Of a stretch of DNA of 45,652 nt, positions 8,107 to 17,977 are shown one piece after another. The notes below the pieces were generated by a model. That model saw only the letters and a program-made list of their open reading frames with translations, was not told the origin of the DNA and did no database searches. Position numbers and translations under genes: made by a program. How positions within the stretch are numbered: the first letter of the stretch is position 1; each line of letters starts with the position of its first letter. The stretch is from Candidatus Hydrogenedentota bacterium (GTDB lineage Bacteria > Hydrogenedentota > Hydrogenedentia > Hydrogenedentales > JAEUWI01): positions 1 to 45,652 of the forward strand of contig JAXMOL010000059.1 of assembly GCA_034669905.1 (NCBI GenBank). Direction: 5' to 3'.

Positions 8107-9477
8107 ATGATTCGAATCTCCATCAACATCTTCATCGTCGCGGGCATACTTTGCTTCGCCGCCAATCTTTCCGCCGCCACCATCGTGGTCGACTACCCCA
8201 AGGACCATGTTCTCTACCAACGGGACGCCGACGACACGGCTGCCCTGCGCATCCGCGGAACCGTGTCGGACGTTGCGGAGACCGCGACGGTCGAGGCGCG
8301 TTTCAATGGCGGACCCTGGCAGGCCCTTTCGGAAGCAGCCGCGGACGGAAAATTCTCGGGCACGATTGTGGGCCACACCGGTCAGGGCACACTTGAGGTC
8401 CGTAGCGTGGCGGAACCCGACTCGGTCGCCGTGGTCGCGCCTGTCGCGGTGGGCGATCTTTTTCTGGTCACCGGACAGTCCAATGCGGACGGACGGGGCA
8501 GCGTGAACGTCACGCTGGCAGAGACCAACCCCTTCGTGGGTGCGAAATTCCGCGAGGGGCAGTGGTCCAAAGGCGACGACCCCTCGGACAGCGGGGGCAA
8601 ACACGCTTCTCCCTGGCCCCTCGTTTTGAACGCGTTGATTCCCGAGCAGAAAATCCCCATGGGCTTCGTCCAAGGGGCGGCGGGGAGCACGGTGGTCCGT
8701 CAATGGCGGAAGGGCGAAAGCTATTTTGAGCGGGCCCTGACCATCTTGCGGGAGGCGACGGATGGGGGCATGGGCGTCAAGGCGGTCTTGTATTATCAGG
8801 GCGAAAACGACATCACCCACTACAACCAGTTTTCCGTGTTGGGGGATTATGGGCTATACAAAGAAAACCTCATGGCCATGCTTTCCGACTTCCACGAGGC
8901 ACTGGGGGTACCGGTTCTTGTTGGGCAAATTACCAATCTCCTGGATGAGCGGGAGCGGAACGATGGGGTCCGTCGTGCCCAGCAGGAGAGCTGGTCCGAG
9001 AGTCCCTACGCCCTGCCCGGCGCCGTTACCTACGACATTTTTCCAACCGACGGGGTTCACTATCGCGAGGCGGACAACGTGCGCGTTTTCGCGGGTCGTT
9101 GGACCTATGCGATTCGCAGCGCCTTCTACACGACGTCGCCGCGCCCCTTGGTTCAGCTGCTCTCGGTGAAGCGGACGTCGGATAGGGAAATCCAACTCAC
9201 CTACGATTGTGAATTGACCGTCTCTGACTGGCGCGGTGAGATGGCGACACGGCCCATGGGTTTTCGCGTCGTGACGGCCGAGGGTTCGCTGGGCGACAAC
9301 AACATCAGCGCGGTGCGTGTGGCGGGGAAGACGGTGGTGCTGCAATTCGCGACGCCCCTTCCCGCCAAGGCGCGATTCTTCTATGGCAGCGGCAAGGATG
9401 GCCAGGACAAAGCGGTGCTTCGGGTTGGGCAGACGGGACAGCCGGTCCCCATGGTGTTTGATGTGCCTGTTGAGTGA
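8107..9477 (+). CDS. Secreted sialate O-acetylesterase (SASA/SGNH carbohydrate esterase)
   Basis: Signal peptide; VGDLFLVTGQSNA, YYQGE, DGVH motifs. Confidence 0.88.
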   Translation: MIRISINIFIVAGILCFAANLSAATIVVDYPKDHVLYQRDADDTAALRIRGTVSDVAETATVEARFNGGPWQALSEAAADGKFSGTIVGHTGQGTLEVRSVAEPDSVAVVAPVAVGDLFLVTGQSNADGRGSVNVTLAETNPFVGAKFREGQWSKGDDPSDSGGKHASPWPLVLNALIPEQKIPMGFVQGAAGSTVVRQWRKGESYFERALTILREATDGGMGVKAVLYYQGENDITHYNQFSVLGDYGLYKENLMAMLSDFHEALGVPVLVGQITNLLDERERNDGVRRAQQESWSESPYALPGAVTYDIFPTDGVHYREADNVRVFAGRWTYAIRSAFYTTSPRPLVQLLSVKRTSDREIQLTYDCELTVSDWRGEMATRPMGFRVVTAEGSLGDNNISAVRVAGKTVVLQFATPLPAKARFFYGSGKDGQDKAVLRVGQTGQPVPMVFDVPVE

Positions 9478-9610
9478 CGGGGGCGGGGCGATGATGGGAC
9501 GGCATCGCAGCGATGGTATTCGTGGGCGATTCTTAGGTGTTTTCTACCGAAGGGGTTTTCGATACTATCAGGATATGGGTTTACAACATGCGTCTTGGAG
9601 GACGATTACG

Positions 9611-9939
9611 ATGAAACCAAAGGTCTATACTGAGACCTCAGTAATAAGTTACCTCGCGGCGCGGACCAGTCGAGATGTTATATTTGCAGGGAGACAGGCC
9701 GAGACCCACGAGTGGTGGGAAAATCATCGCGGCCGATTCGAACTGTTTGTCTCTGTGATGGTTCTCGACGTGGCGGGTCGGGGTGACAGCCTTCAGAGTC
9801 GGCGTCGACTTGGAATTTCATACACATAAACAACGCGGAACAGAAGAATCTGATAGCGATTGCCGTCGAAGCGTGCGGCGTTCGATGCCCCATAATCTGT
9901 TCTCCCGAAAACCTCGGAGGTGATCAGAATGATTGTTGA
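9611..9939 (+). pseudogene. PIN-domain (VapC-like) toxin with internal deletion and frameshift
   Basis: The N-terminus MKPKVYTETSVISYLAARTSRD...HEWWE joins near 9808, in another frame, to the family C-terminus TWNFIHINNA...PIICSPENL; the middle of the domain is missing. Confidence 0.85.
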
Positions 9940-10126
9940 CCCGTACGTAGCAGAGCTCAGGAAGCATCGCCAAGCACATGCGGCGGCTTATGACAATGAC
10001 CTGGAAAGAATCTTCGAAGCGTATAAGGAACTGGAACGGAAGTCGGGTCGAACGTATGTTAATTTTGAGCCGCGAAGGATTCCGGCCCGGGCGGTATCAG
10101 AAGAGGCTCCGCCCTACGAGTCGTGA
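9929..10126 (+). CDS. Small protein, probable antitoxin partner of the PIN toxin
   Basis: MIVDPYVAELRKHRQAHAAAYDNDLERIF resembles the DPIVEEIR..R..HA..F..DL..I small proteins found after such PIN genes; overlaps the toxin stop; GGAGG RBS. Confidence 0.7.
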   Translation: MIVDPYVAELRKHRQAHAAAYDNDLERIFEAYKELERKSGRTYVNFEPRRIPARAVSEEAPPYES

Positions 10127-10291
10127 TATACCGCCGTTATAGTCTACGCCAGCGGCGCATCTACGACCCTTCCCGGCTGGGGCGGGAGAGATGACCGTCC
10201 CGCGCGTGGAATATGGGGGGGCGGCGTGGCACAATGGGGGACTCTTGAAAACCGCACATCGCGGTTTCGTTACGTCACAAGGAATTTCCCC

Positions 10292-11281
10292 ATGCGCTTT
10301 CTCTGTTTGCGCGGTATGGCCGTTGTAGCCGCGCTGCTCTTGACCACCCTTTCCGCTTCCGCCGCACCCCGCATCCTTTCGGTCGAAAAAATCTGGGACC
10401 AGAGCGAACACAATGCCTTTACCGATCTTCTTCAATGGAAGGGCTATTGGTATTGCACCTTCCGCGAGTCCGAAAACCATGAGGGGAAGAACGGGCTCAT
10501 TCGCATTATCCGCTCCACAGACGGGACGAAATGGGAATCCTGCGGTCTGCTCGAGGAAGACGGTATCGATCTCCGGGACCCGAAACTGAGCATCACGCCG
10601 GATGATCGCCTCATGGTGAATATGGGCGGTTCCCTGTATAACGGGATGGAGTTGTTGGGACGACAGCCCCGGGTTTCCTTTTCCTCTGATGGAACGACCT
10701 ACACGGCACCCAAAAAAATCTGTGGCGACAGCGATTGGCTCTGGCGGGTCACGTGGCACGATGGCCAGGCCTGGGGTGTTTCCTACGACAATCGCATCGG
10801 CAAAGAGGACGAGTGGCACCTCCGCCTCTATGTGAGCGATGATGGCGAAAACTACAAGATTCGCACCCTCCTTGATGTGACCGGCCGTCCCAATGAAACC
10901 ACGCTCCGTTTCCTGCCCGATGGCACCATGATGGCCCTCGTGCGCCGTGAAGCGGATAATAAGATGGCGTGGATTGGCACGAGCCCGGCCCCCTATGTGG
11001 ATTGGACGTGGAATGAAACGGGCCTTCAGACGGGCGGTCCCAATTTCGTCCAGGCGGAAGATGGTTCCCTTTGGGCGGGCCACCGTTTTTATCCGGGCGG
11101 GGCGAAGACGGTGCTTTCAAAGATGACGGCCACCTCCTTGGAAAAGGTATTGGAATTCCCCAGTGGCGGCGACACGAGCTATCCCGGATTTGCCTGGCAC
11201 GACGGCCAGCTCTGGATGTCCTACTACGCCTCCCACGAAGGGAAGACGTCGATTTACCTGGCGAAAATTGCGCTGGATTGA
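10292..11281 (+). CDS. Secreted exo-alpha-sialidase-like / BNR-repeat beta-propeller protein
   Basis: Signal peptide, HNAFTDL, Asp-boxes STDGTKW, SSDGTTY, SDDGENY; DLRDPKL; GDTSYPG. Confidence 0.8.
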   Translation: MRFLCLRGMAVVAALLLTTLSASAAPRILSVEKIWDQSEHNAFTDLLQWKGYWYCTFRESENHEGKNGLIRIIRSTDGTKWESCGLLEEDGIDLRDPKLSITPDDRLMVNMGGSLYNGMELLGRQPRVSFSSDGTTYTAPKKICGDSDWLWRVTWHDGQAWGVSYDNRIGKEDEWHLRLYVSDDGENYKIRTLLDVTGRPNETTLRFLPDGTMMALVRREADNKMAWIGTSPAPYVDWTWNETGLQTGGPNFVQAEDGSLWAGHRFYPGGAKTVLSKMTATSLEKVLEFPSGGDTSYPGFAWHDGQLWMSYYASHEGKTSIYLAKIALD

Positions 11282-11327
11282 GGGGCGATTTAAGGAGAGG
11301 GACAGGACATTCGGAAATGAACCTACG

Positions 11328-11450
11328 GGGTGCCACCCGCCTACGGCGCGTTTTCAACCCTTACAGACGCGAGGCACGAGCGGCTTTACGGGTGCGGGAC
11401 CTACACGGGGACCCTACACCCGTAAGCTCCTCCGCGTAAGGGTGGCACCC
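11328..11450. repeat. Inverted-repeat element, family A, copy 1
   Basis: gggtgccaccc...ttacgggtg-core-cacccgtaagctcctccgcgtaagggtggcaccc. Confidence 0.85.
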
Positions 11451-11497
11451 TTGACTTTATAGGGGGTGATGGAGATTGTAGTGAAAGTAACGCTCGG

Positions 11498-11626
11498 TCG
11501 TGCCGCGCGATCCCAAAAGGCGAGTATCAACGAGTCCTGACGGGTTCGTGCGCTGTCGTAGGTGACGGAACCCACCGCACGGGGGCAATCGCACGAACCC
11601 TCGTACCTCGGGATCGCGCGGCACGA
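11498..11626. repeat. Inverted-repeat element, family B, copy 1
   Basis: tcgtgccgcgcgatccc..aaaggcgagtatcaacgagtcctgacgggttcgtgcg-core-cgcacgaaccctcgtacctcgggatcgcgcggcacga. Confidence 0.9.
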
Positions 11627-11707
11627 TTAGCGCGTCCTTTTGAAGGCGGTCGGCGCATTTTGCCGTCCGCCCTATGGTCGCTGATTTCATTTTGAAGGAA
11701 GTCGTTC

Positions 11708-14311
11708 ATGCGAGGATGCTCGATAGGATTTAGCCCCCATTGGAAGCGATGTCTCTTGCTGTGTTCCGTGGTCGTTGTGCTCATCCATCCCGCCCCCGTC
11801 GCCGCACCTCCCGGCAGTTGGCCCGAGCCCCGGCAGAACGCCCAGCTTACGGGTTTCCAACCCATGGCCGGTACCATGACGGAAGCACCGGAGCCCGTGG
11901 CGCGCTATGATTTGGGGCGGGGGACGGCGACGCCTACGGTGACAAAAATTGATAGCGAGAATGTTGCCCTGTGCCTCGTGGCCGGAGCGCTTTTTTGTTA
12001 CAACCAGGATGGCTCTACCCGCTGGTCTTCCCACCCCGCTGGCCTGAACTATGAGACCCTGGTGCGCCTCGGCGATCTGGATGGCGATGGCAAACAGGAG
12101 ATTCTCCTGCAGGCCGGACGGCCCACCATGCCCTATGCTGCGGCCGTGTTGGTGGATTTGGAAACGGGTGCGCTCCGATGGCGTTACGATGTGGAGCCCA
12201 TGTCCTATGGCTGGTATCTCTACGCGGGCAACTATCTTCCCGGACGGAGCGACCAGCAGATTTTCGTGGTCATGATGGGGTATCCGCCCGACCCGAAGAA
12301 TGGGTACTGCACCTTGTTTGCCTTCGATGAAGCCGGTGCGCCGCAGGCCCAATGGCGCTATGATTTTCACGAGTACACCTGTTTTCCGACCTTTCATCAG
12401 ACGGACCTCGATGGGGATGCTGTGGAGGAATTGGTGATTCAGACCCACAGCCGGGCCTGGTTCCTGGATGCGGTTACGGGGGCGATGAAGCATTTCGCGA
12501 AATGGGACACGAGTCCGGCCAATGTGCGCAGCTATGGGTACACCCGATTCGTGGATCTGAATAGTGACGGTCGGGAAGACTTTCTGTGCATCGCGAACTT
12601 TTCGCAACATCACGAGGTGTTGCTGAACAACAACGGTGTGATGGAAGAAGCGTGGCACCAGGGTTGGGCGGAGAGCGTGACCACGGGTAAGGTGGTGACG
12701 ACCTGGCCCGAGCCCCCCTATGCCGATGTGGATGGGGATGGCGATCTCGAAATCATCCTCTCCATGTACAACAGCGAAGACGAGAATGCCTGGTTGACCC
12801 GGGTCTATGACGCGGTGGATGGCACACTGCAATACCGCTTTCCCGGTGTGATTGCCACCCGTACAGGCGATGTCGAAAACGATCAGGTCATGGAGATCCT
12901 CGCCAACCGCTCCACCGATCCCACCCAGTCGGGCACGGAAGGGGCGGTCCTGCTGGCCGTGACCGATGGGCAGCTCTCGCCACGGTGGGAAGACCCCCGG
13001 GCCACCGCGCAGAAGTCAGGGATGGAAGTGATCCTGGGGGACAAGGTCCTGCGGCAACTGCGGGCCACGGAGGATGGGCCCCACGATGTGTTGCCCGTCC
13101 CGGTCTTGCCGACGCCACCCGCCGCGCCGGGGCCTGATTTCAGTGCGCTTCCGGCCCAGGTGGGTCCGAAGATGCCCGTTTTGCTGGCAGGTGATCTCAC
13201 GGCGGATGGGAAACAGGAGTTGCTGCTGTATCAGGGGGACACCGCGACGGTGCTCCAGCTTTCGGGCGACACGCTGGCCGTGCGGGGGAGCTACCGCTCT
13301 ACGAGCCTGCCCACCTTGGCCGATTTTGACGGCGACGGGGCCCTCGACCTGGCGCTCACGACGATTACGCCCACGTCCCTGCCGCGGGTAACGGTGCTCA
13401 CCCCCAGCCAGAACAACCGGGTCGTGTGGGAGACCCGCTTTCCCGAAGCCGGCCGCAGCGGTCTGCCCCAACCGCGCAAGGCCTACACCCGGTCCATTCA
13501 TTTGACCGGAAAAACGACGCCGGACCTCTATGTCTGGGCGGGGACGCCTGTGGTGCGGAGTGTGGGGATGGACGGGCTGACGGGCAGTATTCTCTGGGAA
13601 AAAGGAGAGGTAGGTAATGAGCGCTATTGGGGGCCCAGCGTGAATTATGCCGCGGCGTGGGATTATAATGGAGACGGTACTGAGGACCTGATCTTCACCA
13701 ACCCCGATTACTACTGCGTGGCCGACGGCCCCACGGGGGAATTGCTCCGTGGCCCCGACTTCCCGCCGACTATCTTTAACCAGGCGAGTCAGGGGCTCTA
13801 TACCTTCCCCGCCGTGTTGGCGCGGCCCTCCGGGCTGCCCGATGTTTGTCTGGTGGGCGGCCACTACTTCCAGGGCGGCATGTCGCTGGCCGCAACGCCC
13901 TATTGGCACGCCGTTCCCGCGCCCGGTGAGAATCGGGCCGGTCACGAAGCCTTCCTGAGGGCGGAAGACGGATCCTGGTGGATGGGCTTCGGGCGGCAGA
14001 ACGGCCGCTTTGCCTGGGTGGATGCCCGTGACGGGAGCCTGCGCTGGGACTTCGAGGTACAGGCCACCTGTTCCGACGTGATTTCCGGTGATGTGGACGG
14101 GGATGGCCAGAAAGAGTTCGTTTTCGGAACGAGTCATGGTGAGGTGATTGCCCTTGGTGACCGCGACGGTGCGCCCTGGGTACGCTGGCGAATCCAGACG
14201 GGCCAGTCCATGGGGAATCCGATTTTGGCCGATTTGGATGGTGATGGGGCGGTGGAACTGGCCGTGCCGCAGACGGATGGCTGGGTTTCGGTTTTCGACC
14301 TCCGCCATTAG
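11708..14311 (+). CDS. Secreted FG-GAP/VCBS-repeat and PQQ-like beta-propeller protein
   Basis: Signal peptide; many DxDGDG..E/D repeats (DLDGDGKQE, DVDGDGDLE, DFDGDGALD, DYNGDGTED); 'G.LRW' propeller motifs. Confidence 0.85.
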   Translation: MRGCSIGFSPHWKRCLLLCSVVVVLIHPAPVAAPPGSWPEPRQNAQLTGFQPMAGTMTEAPEPVARYDLGRGTATPTVTKIDSENVALCLVAGALFCYNQDGSTRWSSHPAGLNYETLVRLGDLDGDGKQEILLQAGRPTMPYAAAVLVDLETGALRWRYDVEPMSYGWYLYAGNYLPGRSDQQIFVVMMGYPPDPKNGYCTLFAFDEAGAPQAQWRYDFHEYTCFPTFHQTDLDGDAVEELVIQTHSRAWFLDAVTGAMKHFAKWDTSPANVRSYGYTRFVDLNSDGREDFLCIANFSQHHEVLLNNNGVMEEAWHQGWAESVTTGKVVTTWPEPPYADVDGDGDLEIILSMYNSEDENAWLTRVYDAVDGTLQYRFPGVIATRTGDVENDQVMEILANRSTDPTQSGTEGAVLLAVTDGQLSPRWEDPRATAQKSGMEVILGDKVLRQLRATEDGPHDVLPVPVLPTPPAAPGPDFSALPAQVGPKMPVLLAGDLTADGKQELLLYQGDTATVLQLSGDTLAVRGSYRSTSLPTLADFDGDGALDLALTTITPTSLPRVTVLTPSQNNRVVWETRFPEAGRSGLPQPRKAYTRSIHLTGKTTPDLYVWAGTPVVRSVGMDGLTGSILWEKGEVGNERYWGPSVNYAAAWDYNGDGTEDLIFTNPDYYCVADGPTGELLRGPDFPPTIFNQASQGLYTFPAVLARPSGLPDVCLVGGHYFQGGMSLAATPYWHAVPAPGENRAGHEAFLRAEDGSWWMGFGRQNGRFAWVDARDGSLRWDFEVQATCSDVISGDVDGDGQKEFVFGTSHGEVIALGDRDGAPWVRWRIQTGQSMGNPILADLDGDGAVELAVPQTDGWVSVFDLRH

Positions 14312-14417
14312 CCGGTAAGGGGTTGGAGACCGGCGCGCCTGTTGGGCCGTGATGTAACGAAACGTTTTCCTGGAGGTACTGTAGGTTCGGAGTCGTTTAT
14401 CCTGAGAGGAATTTCCG

Positions 14418-15194
14418 TTGCAACCCGCTATATCTGTCATACTCCCCGCCTACAACGAAGAGGCCTATCTCCCTGAGGCCATTGGTGCCATCCACCGTGC
14501 CCAGGTGAAACTGGGGCTACCCGTCGAGATTATTGTGGGCGACAATATGAGCACCGACAATACGGCGGATGTGGCCCGTTCATTGGGTGCTATCGTGGTG
14601 CCCGTGGAGAAACGCAGTATCTCTGCCGTGCGCAATACGGCCGCCCGGGCGGCCACGGGGCGTTACATCGCGTTTTGCGACTCCGATAACCGCATGTCGG
14701 AAGATATGCTGGTGGCTATCTACCGCGAGATGGAAACGGGTGCCTACATCGGTGGCGGCGTCGTTAATGCCCGCTATGATCGGGATTCCTGGGGGATCTT
14801 TTTCACCCACACCCTGTTGATCAAGACTTCCCTCCTTTTTTCGCGGGTTTCCATGTTCCTTTTCTATACGACGCCCGAGGCCTACGCGGCCATTGGTGGT
14901 TTCAACGAAGATTTCCTGGCGACGGAAGACATGGACTTTGCCCAGCGGCTTCGTCGTTATGGCAAGACCTGCGGAAAACGCTATTGCAGTATTCGGGATG
15001 CTCATGTCATTCTATCGTCACGGAAGTTTGACGAATATGGAGACTGGGCTATCTTCACCCGCCCCATTACGTTTCTCCGGGCCTGCTTGCGGGATCCCAA
15101 GGCCGTGCATGAACTCTGGTACAAACCCCGTCGCAGCGCCGATGGAGATGATAAGGCCATGTCTACAAGCCACGTAGGAGACAAGACCGGCTGA
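14418..15194 (+). CDS. Glycosyltransferase family 2
   Basis: ISVILPAYNEE, DNMSTD, RN.AA..A.G.YIAFCDSD, GGFNE...ED; TTG start. Confidence 0.92.
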   Translation: MQPAISVILPAYNEEAYLPEAIGAIHRAQVKLGLPVEIIVGDNMSTDNTADVARSLGAIVVPVEKRSISAVRNTAARAATGRYIAFCDSDNRMSEDMLVAIYREMETGAYIGGGVVNARYDRDSWGIFFTHTLLIKTSLLFSRVSMFLFYTTPEAYAAIGGFNEDFLATEDMDFAQRLRRYGKTCGKRYCSIRDAHVILSSRKFDEYGDWAIFTRPITFLRACLRDPKAVHELWYKPRRSADGDDKAMSTSHVGDKTG

Positions 15195-16123
15195 TGAGCG
15201 CCTACGGTATCGTAAATACGATTTTCCGCGTTAGCACCCGTATCTTCCTGCCTGATCTGGCCCGCCAGATGGAGGCAGAGGGCACCTTTCAGCTCGACGC
15301 CAATCCGGTCGGCGCCCTGGAAGAAGCGGACTACATGCGTGTGGAAGACAATGGCGCGGAAACCACCGTATTCGTATTTGCGGGGCTCGACGTGTTGTAT
15401 GCAGGCATGGCCCGCTTCGAATTTCAGAAAGTGCTGCGGGCCATTGGTGTGGAAGCCAATTTCGTCTTTCTCCGTGATTGCCAGCGATCGGGATTCTTTG
15501 TGCGTCCCGACGGCGAGCCGGGGGGTACCGCGTTTTACGAAGAAGTAATTAACCGCATCAAAGGCGAATTGGGTTCTCGACACAATATTGCGTTGGGCTC
15601 TTCCATTGGTGGTACGTCCGCCATCCACTTTGGTATTCAATGCGGCTTCGAACACATTATCACCTTCGGGGCCCCCTTTGAGTTTGATGTTTACACCCGT
15701 CCCCGCCGCGTGCTCCGTTCGATCTTTGATATCAAGAAGATTTTCACCGAGCCCATGGGCTACCTGGAGATTCTCCTCGTGACCGTGACGGCCGGTTGGG
15801 CCGTGCGGCAGATTTTGCGCCGCGCCGAGTTTGAGCAGTTCCCCGATTTCGTGGGGCTCTACCGCGACGCTTCGCCCCGTCCCGCAATCTCGGCGTTTTA
15901 CGGTGCCACCGCGTGGCCCGATGTGGAGCAGGCTCAATACCTGGCGGAGTTTCCAGAAGTGCATTTGCGCCCCGTGCCCACGGGCCGGCACAACTCCCCG
16001 GCGTTTATGAAGAAACACGGGACCTTCGCCCCGAGCATTGCCGAAGAGATCTTGCGTTATATGAAAGAACCGGCCGCCCTTCAGGAACCCGTTTCGGACG
16101 CGCCCCGCTCTTCTATCGCCTGA
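15194..16123 (+). CDS. Hypothetical alpha/beta-hydrolase-fold protein
   Basis: GSSIGG nucleophile-elbow motif, late GRHN His; TGATG coupling to the GT2 gene. Confidence 0.65.
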   Translation: MSAYGIVNTIFRVSTRIFLPDLARQMEAEGTFQLDANPVGALEEADYMRVEDNGAETTVFVFAGLDVLYAGMARFEFQKVLRAIGVEANFVFLRDCQRSGFFVRPDGEPGGTAFYEEVINRIKGELGSRHNIALGSSIGGTSAIHFGIQCGFEHIITFGAPFEFDVYTRPRRVLRSIFDIKKIFTEPMGYLEILLVTVTAGWAVRQILRRAEFEQFPDFVGLYRDASPRPAISAFYGATAWPDVEQAQYLAEFPEVHLRPVPTGRHNSPAFMKKHGTFAPSIAEEILRYMKEPAALQEPVSDAPRSSIA

Positions 16124-17136
16124 GCGAAACGCAGCAGTTGCTGCTCCAACCAGTAGTGAGCCTGCCAGGGCCACCGTCCTGCGACAAAACCCACGTGACC
16201 TCCCCGCGTCGTCCATTGGGGATAGAGGTACTCCGACGTGTCCGCAATTTCCCGGGGTATGGTCTCTGGCGGATTAAAGGGGTCGTCCTCCGAGGTCAGC
16301 AGCAGGGTGGGCACCCGGATGTCCGCCAGGAATTGGGCGCACCCCACCTTCTTCCAGTAGTCCATGGCATCGTCAAAACCATGGAGCCGTGCGGTTACAT
16401 CGGTGTCGAAGTCACGAAAACTCGTGCAGTGTTGGACCCGGTCCACGTCGATAGCTCCCGGAAACTGCCTTTCCTTTTCCAAGGCCTTGGGTACCAGGGT
16501 CTTCAAGAACCGCTTTACGTAGAGCCCGAAAAGCGCGGTTTCCAGGGTGTCGATGGCGATGTCGGGCCGGAAGGGGGGCGAGATGGCCGCGGCCGATGCC
16601 ACGATAGCAGGAACCCCATCGCCTTGCTCGCCGAGCCACTTGCACAACACGTTGGCACCCAGTGATACGCCGACGAGGTGGAGTCGGGATACGCCATGGC
16701 GCTCGGGGAGTTGCGATACGACCCAGTCGAGGTCGGTGGTTTCGCCCATGTGATAGATGCGGTTGGTCTTGTTGATGGCCCCATCACAGGAGCGGAAAAT
16801 CAGGGTGGCCACATTCCAACCGAGTTGGTGAAAGGCGTGGTTGAAGGCCGTGATATAGAACGAATTTATGGTGCCCTCCAGCCCGTGAAGGAGGAGGACC
16901 CAGGGTTTTTCCGAGTCGCCACGATGAAAATAGAGGCTCAGTAGATCGCCATCGGGGGTTTCCCATTGTTCCCGTTCGTAGGCAACCGGGGACTGTCGTC
17001 GAACGAGGGGTCCCCACACGGTCTGCAGGTGTTGGTTGCGCAGCCACCACGCCGGGCGAAAGGGTGTCTGGTTCAGCAGGGCCTGGACATCCTCTCGGGT
17101 GGTCGCTCCGTCCTTTTCGAATGTAGTCGGCGGCAT
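16081..17136 (-). CDS. YheT-family alpha/beta hydrolase (esterase)
   Basis: N.HLQT, PDGD, LHGLEG, GVSLGAN, DDPF, GGHVGF. Confidence 0.92.
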   Translation of the reverse strand: MPPTTFEKDGATTREDVQALLNQTPFRPAWWLRNQHLQTVWGPLVRRQSPVAYEREQWETPDGDLLSLYFHRGDSEKPWVLLLHGLEGTINSFYITAFNHAFHQLGWNVATLIFRSCDGAINKTNRIYHMGETTDLDWVVSQLPERHGVSRLHLVGVSLGANVLCKWLGEQGDGVPAIVASAAAISPPFRPDIAIDTLETALFGLYVKRFLKTLVPKALEKERQFPGAIDVDRVQHCTSFRDFDTDVTARLHGFDDAMDYWKKVGCAQFLADIRVPTLLLTSEDDPFNPPETIPREIADTSEYLYPQWTTRGGHVGFVAGRWPWQAHYWLEQQLLRFAQAIEERGASETGS

Positions 17137-17258
17137 GAAGGGGACTCCACAGAAAATCGTCGTTTGGTGCGCGGGAAGGTCCCCGGCTCTGCTAGTGCGT
17201 GAACCAAAGTTGAGGGTACTTATTTCGCCAGGTTTATTCGGCTAACCGGCCAAATAAG

Positions 17259-17338
17259 TCCCCGCCTGGGAGGGGTTAGGGGTGGGTTCGTGGCGTTCTT
17301 CGCGACTTGACCCACCCCCAGCTCCTCCAAGGAGGGGA
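17259..17338. repeat. Inverted-repeat element, family C, copy 2
   Basis: tccccgcctgggaggggttaggggtgggt ... acccacccc..ctcctccaaggagggga. Confidence 0.75.
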
Positions 17339-17485
17339 GCACTATCGGATATCGGTCGAAGCTCTCGCATTAGAGATTATGACCCATCTGCTTAAATCAA
17401 TCCACTTGGTGTCATGATACGGTATTGTGCCCGTCTTCGGCACCTTGATACACTCAGGCACCGTGGTTTTAAATGGAGAAGGACA

Positions 17486-17977
17486 ATGGATTTTAAGACA
17501 GCAGACCTGTGTGATCACTTTTCAGAGACCGTGCAAATGGGCGAAGAGCCCTTTGGCGACTTTGGTGGCCGGGCCCCTTTTTGTGGGGTTATCGAAACGA
17601 TTAAGGCCTTCGAGGATAACAGCCTCGTGCGCGAAGCAGTGGGCGAGCCTGGTGCGGGCAAGGTGCTCGTAGTGGATGGCGGTGGCTCCATGCGTCGGGC
17701 CATGTTGGGCGACATGCTTGCCGCGAAGGCTGTAAAGAATGGCTGGTCGGGCATCCTGATTAACGGGTGCATCCGAGACTCCGCCGACATTGGGGAAATG
17801 GATCTGGGGGTAAAGGCCCTGGGTACCCACCCCTGCAAGACCGAGAAACGCGGACTGGGCGATCGAAATGTCGTCGTTCGTTTTGCGGGCGTCACCTTTG
17901 AGCCGGGCCACTATCTCTACGCCGATGAAGACGGCTTTATCGTATCCGAGACGCCCCTCGAAATGCCGGAGGCCTGA
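17486..17977 (+). CDS. rraA: RraA family protein (regulator of RNase E activity / HMG aldolase-like)
   Basis: [53 protein letters not shown]. Confidence 0.93.
   Translation: MDFKTADLCDHFSETVQMGEEPFGDFGGRAPFCGVIETIKAFEDNSLVREAVGEPGAGKVLVVDGGGSMRRAMLGDMLAAKAVKNGWSGILINGCIRDSADIGEMDLGVKALGTHPCKTEKRGLGDRNVVVRFAGVTFEPGHYLYADEDGFIVSETPLEMPEA

Noticed and set aside
9317..9829. 170-aa ORF as an intact gene
   Set aside because: The first ~100 codons overlap the SASA gene end and intergenic repeats; only the part from 9611 is the truncated PIN toxin.
11328..11626. CRISPR array from the adjacent family A and B repeats
   Set aside because: The repeats are inverted and dispersed, not tandem direct repeats with regular spacers; no cas genes.
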